Part shown: piece by piece, positions 1 to 9,098 of the stretch
Layout: the number at the start of each line of letters is the position of its first letter
Position numbering within the stretch: position 1 is the first letter of the stretch
DNA from: Verrucomicrobiia bacterium
GTDB taxonomy: Bacteria > Verrucomicrobiota > Verrucomicrobiia > Limisphaerales > UBA1319
DNA length: 64,000 nucleotides
Reading direction: 5' to 3'
Assembly: GCA_963664225.1 (NCBI GenBank)
Contig: OY760937.1
Location: 3,904,001-3,968,000 of the forward strand
Translations under genes and position numbers: made by a program
The notes under the pieces: model-generated
Told to the model about the DNA's origin: nothing
The model's input: the letters and a program-made list of their open reading frames with translations, nothing else
The model's database searches: none

Positions 1-1444
1 TGAAAAACCGTCTGCCGCCGATGCCGGCAAAAAAGCGTTTCTGGTGAACCGGCTGGGGGACACGGGATTTCTGCTGGGCATCCTGCTGCTCTGGGGCACG
101 CTGGGATCGCTGAATTTTGACGCGCTTGAGCAAACGCTGAAGGCGAATCCCGCCGCGCTGGGCATGATGGCTTCACTGGGGGGAGTGTTGATTTTCTGCG
201 GCGCGGTGGGTAAATCCGCGCAGTTCCCGCTGCACGTCTGGCTGCCGGACGCGATGGAAGGCCCCACGCCGGTGAGCGCCTTGATCCATGCGGCAACGAT
301 GGTGGCTGCGGGTGTTTACATGCTCTGCCGCGCGTTCTTTTTGTTCACGGCGACACCGCAATGGCCGGAGTGCCTGAGCATTCTCAACGGCATCACCGCG
401 CTGGACATCATTGCCTGGACGGGCGGGATCACGGCGCTCATTGCGGCGCTCATGGCCGTGCAACAGGACGACATCAAACGCATCCTGGCCTATTCCACAC
501 TTTCGCAGCTCGGTTACATGGTGATGGCTGTGGGCCTGAGCGGTCCGCAACCGGCCATGTTCCACCTGACCACGCACGCGGGTTTCAAGGCCCTGCTGTT
601 CCTCGGCGCGGGTTCGGTGATTTACGCGCTGCATCACGAGCAGGACATCTGGAAAATGGGTGGCTTGAAAACCAAAATGGTCTGGACCTTCTGGATGTTT
701 CTCTTTGCGACGCTGGCGCTGGCCGGGGTGCCGCCATTCAGCGGGTTCTACAGCAAAGACGCCATTCTCGCGCAGGCATGGTCCACGGATCATCGGCTGC
801 TGTTTCTGGTGGCGGTGTTCGTGGCGGCGTTGACGGCGTTTTACATGTTCCGACTGGTCTATGTGGTGTTCCTGGGCGCGGCGCGCACACCTGCGGCCGG
901 TCATGCCAAGGAATCGCCATCCATCATGACGCAACCGATGATGTTCCTGACGGTGCCGACACTGCTGGCGGGCCTGTGGGGATTGGACCAATTTCTGGGA
1001 ATGCAATTCGAGCCTGCGGCGGCTGGGCATCACCTGCCGTGGTATCAGTCGCTTTTCGCGCCTTTCGAACATGCGCCGGTGGCTGCCTTTGCCGGAGTGG
1101 CTGCGTGCGCCGTGGGATGGCTCGGGGCCTGGGGCCTGTATAGTGGTGCGAAGAAAGATCCGCTGCCCGCGATGCTGGGCGGATTCTCCAAGGCGATGCG
1201 CGACCGCTTTTATTTCGACGAGATTTACGAGAGGACTTTCATCCGCGCACAGGACAAAGTGGCGAAAATCGTGGCGGGGTTTGACCGCTACATCGTCTCC
1301 GGGCTGTGCATCAAAGGACTTCACGGCGGGCTCGAATTGAGCGGACGCTTCCTGAGGCTGTTCCAGACGGGGAATCTGCAGACCTACGCTTTTCTGATGG
1401 CGGTGGGGGTGGTTGTGTTGCTGTATTTCGCGGTGGTGAGGTAG
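1..1444 (+). CDS. nuoL: NADH-quinone oxidoreductase subunit L (5'-truncated by window edge)
   Basis: Frame is open from position 2 (EKPSAADAGKKAFLVNRLGD). NuoL/ND5 motifs GKSAQFPLHVWLPDAMEGPTPVSALIHAATMV, DIKRILAYSTLSQLGYM, SGFYSKD and QTGNLQTYA. Confidence 0.93.
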   Translation, partial: EKPSAADAGKKAFLVNRLGDTGFLLGILLLWGTLGSLNFDALEQTLKANPAALGMMASLGGVLIFCGAVGKSAQFPLHVWLPDAMEGPTPVSALIHAATMVAAGVYMLCRAFFLFTATPQWPECLSILNGITALDIIAWTGGITALIAALMAVQQDDIKRILAYSTLSQLGYMVMAVGLSGPQPAMFHLTTHAGFKALLFLGAGSVIYALHHEQDIWKMGGLKTKMVWTFWMFLFATLALAGVPPFSGFYSKDAILAQAWSTDHRLLFLVAVFVAALTAFYMFRLVYVVFLGAARTPAAGHAKESPSIMTQPMMFLTVPTLLAGLWGLDQFLGMQFEPAAAGHHLPWYQSLFAPFEHAPVAAFAGVAACAVGWLGAWGLYSGAKKDPLPAMLGGFSKAMRDRFYFDEIYERTFIRAQDKVAKIVAGFDRYIVSGLCIKGLHGGLELSGRFLRLFQTGNLQTYAFLMAVGVVVLLYFAVVR

Positions 1445-1465
1445 GATCAAAAACCGGGGAAATTG

Positions 1466-1547
1466 ACCACAGAAGCACAGAGACACGGAGGGAAGACAAG
1501 AGGGCCGGAAGGGGGGTTGGACAGGATAAGAAGGATGGACAGGATGG
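1466..1547 (+). repeat. Short-period triplet repeats (8-bp x3 and 9-bp x3)
   Basis: CACAGAAG/CACAGAGA/CACGGAGG at 1468-1491; AGGAT at 1523, 1532 and 1541. Confidence 0.7.
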
Positions 1548-1645
1548 GAAAGCCATAGGCCGTGGTGGAGATTTAGCGGCGAAATATGGGAGATAAAGGT
1601 CAAGCTTCGGCTCCAAATGGGGCACCCCAATACCGTTTGGAACTG

Positions 1646-1660
1646 GTCACAAATTGTGAC
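1646..1660. promoter_or_regulatory. Palindromic candidate operator
   Basis: Perfect inverted repeat GTCACAA-A-TTGTGAC about 60 bp upstream of the transporter start. Confidence 0.4.
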
Positions 1661-1722
1661 TAGTGCGGCGTAACATCCTCTTTTTCTGGTGATTGCTGGA
1701 TTACTTTGGCGGTGGTTGAGGG

Positions 1723-2616
1723 ATGAATATGTTGGGGCTTTTATACGCATTGATCACGGTGCTGGCCTGGGGCATCTGGCTGGCGCCATCGCAAAATGTT
1801 CCGCTGCGCAATCAGCAGATCAAAATGTTTTACGTGGCGTCCACAAATCTGCTGATCGCGATGGTGATCAGCCTGGCGCAGGGGTGGGGGCAGTTGACCT
1901 TGAATGTGATGTGGCTGCCTTTTTTGGGCGGGTTGATCTGGTCGGCCAGCGGTTTGTGCGCGTTTACCGCGACGAGCAAATTGGGCATGGCCAGGGCGTT
2001 TGGCATCTGGGCTCCGTTGAACATCATTGTGAGCCTGATTTGCGGACGGCTGTTGTTTCAGGAATTCGCGCATGCGAGCGGGAAAGTCATTGCGGTATTA
2101 TTGACGGCGGTGAGGGTGATCATCGCCGGGGTGTTGTTGATTATTGCGGCACAAGGCAGCGGCGGCGCGGCGCGGGATCACCAGTCGATGTTGAAGGGCT
2201 ACGCCGGGGCCGTGGGGGCGGGTTTTCTGTGGGGCATCTATTTCATTCCCATCAAAATGTCCGGGCTGTCTCTGTGGCTTGTGGCGCTGCCAATGGCGAT
2301 GGGCATGTTTGCGGGCAGCGCGGCGCTGGTGCTGGCGGGCAGGCAATCGGCGCGTCTGGATAAAGCCGGTGATTACGGGCGGGTTTGCACCACGGGGGCG
2401 CTTTGGGCCACGGGCAATTATGGCATGTTGCTGCTGGTCGATGCGATGGGCGCAGGGAAGGGTTATACCATTTCCCAACTCTCCGTGGTGGTGAACGCGA
2501 TCATCGGAATCTATTTGCTGAAGGACCCGCGTCCGGGAACGAGGGCGGCGCGGATGACGCTGGCGGGATGCGTGCTCGCAACGGTCGGCGGGATACTCAT
2601 GGGACTGATCAAATAG
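1723..2616 (+). CDS. GRP/GlcU-RhaT family sugar transporter (DMT superfamily)
   Basis: About 10 hydrophobic segments; N-terminal ALITVLAWG, GGLIWS, GALWATGN and ISQLSVVV..IIGIYLLK resemble GlcU. Confidence 0.75.
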   Translation: MNMLGLLYALITVLAWGIWLAPSQNVPLRNQQIKMFYVASTNLLIAMVISLAQGWGQLTLNVMWLPFLGGLIWSASGLCAFTATSKLGMARAFGIWAPLNIIVSLICGRLLFQEFAHASGKVIAVLLTAVRVIIAGVLLIIAAQGSGGAARDHQSMLKGYAGAVGAGFLWGIYFIPIKMSGLSLWLVALPMAMGMFAGSAALVLAGRQSARLDKAGDYGRVCTTGALWATGNYGMLLLVDAMGAGKGYTISQLSVVVNAIIGIYLLKDPRPGTRAARMTLAGCVLATVGGILMGLIK

Positions 2617-2648
2617 CCCGGATCGAGGTTTTTATCTATTACGAAACG

Positions 2649-3794
2649 CTATTTCTCTGGAACCAGGAACTTCAGGCAGACAGGGGCGCCGATGCCCACC
2701 TTATAGCCGGTGTCGGTGAGGTTGCCGGTGGCTTCGTCGATACGAAAGACGATGATGGTGTCGGTGGTCTGGTTGGCCACGAGCAGGAACTGACCGGAGG
2801 GGTCGATGGTGAAATTACGCGGATTTTTGCCCATGATGAATGGATAATCGACCGGCTTGAGCAGGCCTTTGCTTTCAACGGAATAAATGGCGATGCTGTC
2901 GTGCCCGCGATTGGAGCCATAGACGAATTTACCGCCGGGATGGACCTCGATTTCCGCCGGGAAATTCTGGTTGGTCCAACTGAAGGGCAGGGTGGAAATG
3001 GTCTGGAGGGCCTGCAGGGAGCCTTTCGAATTGTCATGGGCAAAGGCGGTGATCGTGGAATCCAACTCATTGATGACATAGGCGAAGTGGCCCTTGCGGT
3101 CGAAGGCCATGTGGCGGGGACCCGCGCCCGGGCGTTGGGTGGCGTTCAATAATGGATTGGCCTTGAGGATGCCGGTGGCGGGGTTGAAGTCGTACACCAG
3201 AATTTTATCCAATCCCAGGTCTGCGACATAAACGCGGCGATTCGAGGCGTCGAGAAGGATGCAGTGAGCGTGAGGGGCGTCCTGGCGTTCGGCGTTCACG
3301 CTCGCGCCCTTATGCTGGATGAAGGAGACGGCTGCGCCCAAGCGTCCATCGGCCTGAATCGGGAGCGAGGCGATGCTGCCGCCGCCGTAATTGGCGACCA
3401 ATACAAATTTGCCCGTGGCATCGACGACGAGGTGGCAGGGGCCCGTGCCGCCGGAGGATTGCTGGTTGAGCGGGGTCAAACGGCCGGAGGCGTCGATTGC
3501 AAAGGCGCTGACCGATCCAGCCTGTTTGCCCTCGAAGTCGGAAATCTCGTTTGCGGCGTAGAGAAAGCGTTTGTTGGGATGAATCGCCAGGAAGGTGGGA
3601 TTCGGAGTTTCCGCAGCAAGGCCGTCCACGGAAAGCTGGCCGGTGGTTGGATCAAACCGGCAGGTGTAAATACCCCGGCTTTTCGGGCCGGTATAGGTTC
3701 CCACGAAAAGCTGGAGATCCGCTTTGGGCGCGGCGCTGGCGGCCGTCAAGGCGGCCAGAAAGAGAACAAACAGGGAACCGACCGCAATTTTCAT
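2649..3794 (-). CDS. Secreted 6-phosphogluconolactonase-like lactonase (7-bladed beta-propeller)
   Basis: FVGTYT, NPTFLA, ANYGGGS, HAHCI, DLGLDK, GAGPRH, SNRGHDSIA and NPRNF motifs. Signal peptide follows the ATG at 3794; the ORF track start (3854) is probably too long. Confidence 0.9.
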   Translation of the reverse strand: MKIAVGSLFVLFLAALTAASAAPKADLQLFVGTYTGPKSRGIYTCRFDPTTGQLSVDGLAAETPNPTFLAIHPNKRFLYAANEISDFEGKQAGSVSAFAIDASGRLTPLNQQSSGGTGPCHLVVDATGKFVLVANYGGGSIASLPIQADGRLGAAVSFIQHKGASVNAERQDAPHAHCILLDASNRRVYVADLGLDKILVYDFNPATGILKANPLLNATQRPGAGPRHMAFDRKGHFAYVINELDSTITAFAHDNSKGSLQALQTISTLPFSWTNQNFPAEIEVHPGGKFVYGSNRGHDSIAIYSVESKGLLKPVDYPFIMGKNPRNFTIDPSGQFLLVANQTTDTIIVFRIDEATGNLTDTGYKVGIGAPVCLKFLVPEK

Positions 3795-3974
3795 GGTTTT
3801 CCACAGGCGCATGGCGGCATCCAAGCACAAAGAGCCGTCCGGCATCAAGCGCAATGGTCTTGGAGCCTGTTTTAAAACCGCAGGTGGCGCTGCAGCGTCC
3901 TCCCCTCTTTAGGGGATGGTGCGGAGATTGGAACTCAAATAAGGTGGCTGTAATTAGCAAATTCCTGAAAATAT

Positions 3975-6900
3975 ATGCAAACAGCTAGAAATCAAACTCG
4001 AACGCCTGGATCAAAATTCCTGGCAACAGCAACAGCGGGATGGGCCGCTGCATGCCTGATGCTTGGCGGCAGCGCCGCACAAGCGCAAAGCACGATCGCC
4101 AACGTTTACCCGAATGGCACAGTGCAGTTTCAGTCAACAAACTCGCTCTCCTTCACCGCCAGCTCTCCTGCCGGGGTGACGGACGTCACCGTGGAGTTGA
4201 CGGGAACGAAAATGACCGGACAGACTTCACTCAAGGTCCTGAACCTGGCGGGCGGATTGACCGCCACCGGTGAAAGCACCAACAAAAGTGTGAGCGCGCC
4301 CCTGAGCGCCAACATGCGCTATTCGGCGAATATTCAAGTGACCGATGCGGCCGGCGCCAAAACCAATTCCATTGTAAAATTCGACACCATTGCGCCGTCG
4401 TACACATGGGAAGCCGAGGACTACAACTACGATTCCGGGAAATATTTCGATAACCCCCAGACCAACGCGTATCAGAATCTGGCGGCTGTCGGCGGAGTTG
4501 ACGCGTATAATACCGATGGCGGTAGTTCATACCGGCCGGTGGGCACGAGTGCCGCCCCGGGCGGATTGTCAACGGAAGGTTGCGGTGACATCCCTCGCGC
4601 TCAATACGTAAACGCAGGGCTGACTGACTACGATGTCGGTTACACCTCTTCCGGCGATTGGGCTTATTACACCAGGACCTTCCCCCGAGGAACGTATAAC
4701 ATCTATATCAGGGCCTCCAATCCCAACGGCAACAGCACGGACACCATTGAAATCGCAAGTCCGGTTGAAGGACGCTTCAATGTTCCCAGCACAGGCGGCT
4801 GGCAGACTTATACCTGGGTGCCCATGGTGGATTCCTACGGCAATTATGTGGAGTTTGTATCCGATGGCAGCGTGCAGACCATGCTGGTTTCGACCATGGC
4901 GGGAACTTATAATGCGAACTTCTTCATGCTCCTGCCGGCCATTACGCCGGTCACGACGGTGTCTGATGCAACCCTGTCCAACATGTATCCCGATGGTTTG
5001 TATCAGTTCCAGGCGACCAATAAATTCGTGTTCACGGTGGATTCCACGCTGGGTGTGAATGCCAGCGATATCGTCATTCAATTGTCGGCGACCAATTTGA
5101 CGGGACAGGGCACGTCAACGCTGTTGACCTCGGGTAGCGGCCTGACCGTTGCCGGTTCCGCCACCAGCCGGACGGTGAGCACCGCATTGACCAGCAACAC
5201 GGTTTATCATGCGTTCATTCAAATCACGGATGCGAATGGCAATCCCTTCACGACCAACGTGGTTTTCGACACGATTACGGCCGACTATACTTGGGAAGCC
5301 GAGGATTGGGATTATGACAGCGGCAAATTCATCGATAATCCCCAGGTCAATGGTTACACCCTGCTGGATGGCGTGGAGACCATCGATTTTGCGCGGCCCG
5401 TGACGGGCGGCGGCAACTCTTACTCGCGGCTTGGGCTGGCGACTGAAAACGCGAATGATGTGGCGCGGTTGAGCCATGAAGGTTTTCAGGATTACGACAT
5501 CGGCAACAACGGTGGCGGCAATTGGGTGAACTACACCCGGACCTGGCCGGCGGGCAACTATAACATCTTTATTCGCGTGGCCAACGGCAACAGCGGCATG
5601 ACCCTGGAGTCAGGCAGCCTGTCTTTGGTGACGAGCGGGGTTGGCACAGCCAATCAGGCCCTCACAAAATTGGGCACCTATAACAGTCCCGGCACGGGTG
5701 GCTGGCAGGCCTATCTCTGGCAGGCCGTCCGCGATTCCGGTGGCAATCTGGTGGTATTTAGCGGAGGCTCGGTCAAGACCTTGAGGCACACTGTCGTTAA
5801 CGGCAATGGCAATCAGGGCTTTTACATGCTCGTTAAGGCGGACGAACAGGTTCACACACTGCCCGTCGCCAATAACTTCGTGCCGGATGGGACAGCGATG
5901 TTCCAACCCACGAACAAGTTGAGCTTCACGGTGAATTCGGCGGCTGGCATTTCCACCAACGATGTCGTGCTGACATTGAATGGAGTCAAGGCGGTCGGCA
6001 TGGTTTTCACCGGTTCGGCCAATTCCTGGAACGTCACCTGTCCGGTGGGGATGAATGCGGCCTACCGCGTTTTGCTGACACTCAAGGACAACTATGGTTC
6101 CAGCACCAACAAGTATGAGTTTGCCACATTCGATCCTTCGAAGACCTATATTTTCGAGGCCGAGGATTATGACTATTACAGCGGCCAATTCATCGACAAT
6201 CCGCAGGTCAATGGATACGCCGGTCTGGATGCCACTCCGGAGATCGACACCCATACCGTCGCGGGCAACTTCGACGGCACGCATGTGCCTTATCGCTTCA
6301 CCGGCCTGAACCAGGAGAATGCGAGCGACATCTTCACCGCTCCAGGACACGCGGGTTTTCAAAACTACGATCTGGGCAATACGGCTGCCGGCAACTGGGG
6401 CAACTACACCAGGACGTATCCCGCCGGGACGTATAACATCTACATGCGTGCGGCCAACGGTAACACCGGAAATTCCACCGGTGGCAGCATGGAACTCGTG
6501 ACCAGCGGCCTCGGAACGGCCAATCAAACGACGACCGTGCTTGGCAACTTCGAAACCGTTCCCGCGACCGGCGGCTGGCAGGCTTACACCTGGGTGGCCT
6601 TGAGAGACAACGGCGGCAACCTGGTCAAGTTCACGGGCGGTTCGGTTAAAACCCTCCGTGCGATTTGCGGCGGCGGGCAGAACATGGACTACTATGCGTT
6701 GGTTCCGGAAGATCCCACCATGCCGGTTCTCAGCGGCCTCTATCCGGACGGCTCCGCCATGTTCCAACAGACGAACACCTTGAGCTTTGTCGCGGCGTCC
6801 CCAGCCGGCATCGATTCCAGCAGCATCGCCCTGACCTTGAACGGCGTCGTTGCGACCAACCTCGTGATCACGGGATCATCGACCAGCTGGAATGTCAGCT

Positions 6901-7781
6901 ATCCGAACCTGACGAGCAACTCGGTCTATAACGCCAACATTTACTTCTACACGAAGAATGGCGCCGTGGTCTCCAAGAGCTTCAGTTTCGACACGTTCTC
7001 GTCTGCCAACTACACCTGGGAAGCCGAGGATTTCAATTATGACAACGGCAAATTCATCGATAATCCGCAGACCAATGCGTATAGCGGTTTGATCGCTGTG
7101 GATCTGGTCGATGCGCACAATACCGGTGGCAATGCCACATACCGGCCGGTGGGCACGACCGCCGCCCCGGGCGGTCTGGGAACGGAGGCCACCGGTGATG
7201 TTCCTCGCGCTGCATACATCGGCACCGGTAAGACGGACTACAATGTCGGTTGGAATGCTTCCAATAACTGGGCGAATTACACCCGGACGTTCCCCAAAGG
7301 AACGTTTAACATCTATATGCGGGCCGCCAATCCCAACGCTTCCAGCACGGATACTGCGGAAATCTCAGGTCCTGTCAGCGGACGCTTCAACGTTCCCGCC
7401 ACTGGCGGCTGGCAGACTTATACCATGGTGCCCCTGGTGGACGCCGACGGCAAGGCGGTTGTGTTCACAGCCGATGGCAGCGCGCAGACCCTCAAGATCG
7501 CGACCATGGTTGGCACCTATAACGCGAACTTCTACATGCTGGTGCCAGCCACAGCGACAGTCATCACCGCACCGGTGCTGACGGTGTCGCGCAGCAGCGG
7601 CAACATCGCCATTGCCTTCCCCACGAAGGCAGGCGCCAACTACCAGTTGGAATACAAGAATCAACTCAACGATGACAGTTGGACCTCGGTTGGCAATGTG
7701 GTGGCCGGCAATGATGCCGTCCAGTCCGTCACCGACCCGATTGGCACCGCGAATCGCTTTTACCGCGTGCGTATTCAGTAG
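3975..7781 (+). CDS. Large secreted multi-carbohydrate-binding protein: 4 x (Ig-like + CBM6/CBM35-like) plus C-terminal FYRV domain
   Basis: Signal peptide ending AAQA-Q; four EAED..DNPQ..W..YTRT..TGGWQ modules, each preceded by a YP(D/N)G..FQ.TN..F(D/A)T domain; no catalytic domain recognised. Confidence 0.8.
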   Translation: MQTARNQTRTPGSKFLATATAGWAAACLMLGGSAAQAQSTIANVYPNGTVQFQSTNSLSFTASSPAGVTDVTVELTGTKMTGQTSLKVLNLAGGLTATGESTNKSVSAPLSANMRYSANIQVTDAAGAKTNSIVKFDTIAPSYTWEAEDYNYDSGKYFDNPQTNAYQNLAAVGGVDAYNTDGGSSYRPVGTSAAPGGLSTEGCGDIPRAQYVNAGLTDYDVGYTSSGDWAYYTRTFPRGTYNIYIRASNPNGNSTDTIEIASPVEGRFNVPSTGGWQTYTWVPMVDSYGNYVEFVSDGSVQTMLVSTMAGTYNANFFMLLPAITPVTTVSDATLSNMYPDGLYQFQATNKFVFTVDSTLGVNASDIVIQLSATNLTGQGTSTLLTSGSGLTVAGSATSRTVSTALTSNTVYHAFIQITDANGNPFTTNVVFDTITADYTWEAEDWDYDSGKFIDNPQVNGYTLLDGVETIDFARPVTGGGNSYSRLGLATENANDVARLSHEGFQDYDIGNNGGGNWVNYTRTWPAGNYNIFIRVANGNSGMTLESGSLSLVTSGVGTANQALTKLGTYNSPGTGGWQAYLWQAVRDSGGNLVVFSGGSVKTLRHTVVNGNGNQGFYMLVKADEQVHTLPVANNFVPDGTAMFQPTNKLSFTVNSAAGISTNDVVLTLNGVKAVGMVFTGSANSWNVTCPVGMNAAYRVLLTLKDNYGSSTNKYEFATFDPSKTYIFEAEDYDYYSGQFIDNPQVNGYAGLDATPEIDTHTVAGNFDGTHVPYRFTGLNQENASDIFTAPGHAGFQNYDLGNTAAGNWGNYTRTYPAGTYNIYMRAANGNTGNSTGGSMELVTSGLGTANQTTTVLGNFETVPATGGWQAYTWVALRDNGGNLVKFTGGSVKTLRAICGGGQNMDYYALVPEDPTMPVLSGLYPDGSAMFQQTNTLSFVAASPAGIDSSSIALTLNGVVATNLVITGSSTSWNVSYPNLTSNSVYNANIYFYTKNGAVVSKSFSFDTFSSANYTWEAEDFNYDNGKFIDNPQTNAYSGLIAVDLVDAHNTGGNATYRPVGTTAAPGGLGTEATGDVPRAAYIGTGKTDYNVGWNASNNWANYTRTFPKGTFNIYMRAANPNASSTDTAEISGPVSGRFNVPATGGWQTYTMVPLVDADGKAVVFTADGSAQTLKIATMVGTYNANFYMLVPATATVITAPVLTVSRSSGNIAIAFPTKAGANYQLEYKNQLNDDSWTSVGNVVAGNDAVQSVTDPIGTANRFYRVRIQ

Positions 7782-7811
7782 AGCATAAGGTAAGAACAGG
7801 AACCATCGATT

Positions 7812-7852
7812 TCCAGCAGTCGGCGCGTGTCGGCTGCTGGATTTCGTTTTTT
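7812..7852 (+). terminator. Intrinsic terminator
   Basis: TCCAGCAGTCGGC-GCGT-GTCGGCTGCTGGA hairpin followed by TTTCGTTTTTT. Confidence 0.75.
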
Positions 7853-7869
7853 ATGGGCAGAGAAATCAG

Positions 7870-7994
7870 CATGGATGGACAGGATGAACAGGATTTTTAA
7901 CCACGGATAAGACGGATGGCGCGGATGAGGGAGGACATGGATAATGGACAATTGAAAATGGAAAATTAACATGGACGGACAGGATGGACAGGAT
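7870..7994 (+). repeat. Cluster of short-period repeats (three 9-bp triplets and one 7-bp x4 array)
   Basis: GGAT ending 7876/7885/7894; CGGAT ending 7908/7917/7926; ATGGATA-ATGGACA-ATTGAAA-ATGGAAA at 7937-7964; 7970-7994 nearly duplicates 7870-7894. Confidence 0.8.
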
Positions 7995-8149
7995 GGGGAG
8001 TGGATAAGAAGGGGGAACAGCCAACAGCGAGGGCGGGAGGAAAAGCGCGATCGATTTTTTGGGCCGACTGGGTTCATAATTTAATTGTTTCGCTGGTCGA
8101 AGCAGGTTCTAATCGGTCGCAATTCCACAAGACAAAAAGAGAGCACCAT

Positions 8150-8950
8150 ATGAAAAGAAGAGATTTTCTAAAAACATCGGTTGCCGTTTCGGCCCTGGCC
8201 GGGATCAGTCCGTTCAGTTTGACTGGCAAGGCTGCTGAATCAGGCAAGCCAGCCCAGGAGTATTATGAGATGCGGTTGTATCATCTCAAGAGCGCCACGG
8301 ATCGCGGGCTGCTCGATGGATACCTGGAGAAGGCGGCGATTCCGGCCTTGAATCGACTCGGCATCAAGCCGGTGGGCGTATTCTCCGAGATCGAACCCAA
8401 AGAAGGATTTGGCATCTATGTGGTGATTCCCCATGCCACGCTGGAGAGTTACGCCACCGCGACCGCGCGGTTGAACGCCGACGCCGAGTATCTCAAGGCC
8501 GGGGCGGAGTATCTTCAAACGCCGAAATCCAATCCGGGTTTTGCACGCATCGACAGTTGGTTGATGCTGGCCTTTGCGGGGCTTCCCAAAATCGAGCTTC
8601 CGTCTTATTGCCAGGAAAAGAAGGCGCGGATTTTCGAGTTGCGCACGTATGAGAGTCACAGCGAGGTGAAGGCGCAGAACAAGGTGGATATGTTCAACGC
8701 CGGTGAAATCGATGTGATGCGCGAGGTGGGTTTGGGGCCGATATTTTATGGACAAGCCCTCATCGGCCGGGATTTGCCGCATCTGACCTATATGACCTCG
8801 GGTGAAAATCTGGAGGCTCATAAGAAGCATTGGGGCGCCTTTGGCGGTCATGCCGTGTGGAAAAAGCTCAGTGGCGACAAGCAATACGCCGACAATGTGT
8901 CCAAGATCACGAGCCGCATGATGGAGCCCGCTCCGTATTCGCAGATTTGA
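8150..8950 (+). CDS. Tat-exported NIPSNAP family protein
   Basis: MKRRDFLK twin-arginine signal; two NIPSNAP-like halves (YYEMRLY, IFELRTYESH) and C-terminal PAPYSQI. Confidence 0.85.
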   Translation: MKRRDFLKTSVAVSALAGISPFSLTGKAAESGKPAQEYYEMRLYHLKSATDRGLLDGYLEKAAIPALNRLGIKPVGVFSEIEPKEGFGIYVVIPHATLESYATATARLNADAEYLKAGAEYLQTPKSNPGFARIDSWLMLAFAGLPKIELPSYCQEKKARIFELRTYESHSEVKAQNKVDMFNAGEIDVMREVGLGPIFYGQALIGRDLPHLTYMTSGENLEAHKKHWGAFGGHAVWKKLSGDKQYADNVSKITSRMMEPAPYSQI

Positions 8951-9011
8951 TCTGAGGAGCTTTGAAGGCTCGGGTGTCCACGCTCTTAAGAGCGGAGGAT
9001 GAGTTTTTATT

Positions 9012-9052
9012 AACCCAGCGTTGCCGCGGTGAGAGCGGTTGGCGCTGGGTTT
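9012..9052. terminator. Long hairpin between convergent genes
   Basis: AACCCAGCGTTGCCGC-GGTGAGA-GCGGTTGGCGCTGGGTT. Confidence 0.5.
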
Positions 9053-9098
9053 AATTCGTGAAGGAAAGGGGACAGGATAAAGGAAAGAGAAAGAGTTC

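Noticed and set aside
4401..7545. Diversity-generating retroelement template/variable repeat pair among the CBM repeats
   Set aside because: Both similar copies are coding, differences are not confined to adenines, and no reverse transcriptase is present.
7870..7994. CRISPR array
   Set aside because: Units are 7-9 bp with no unique spacers, and there are no cas genes.
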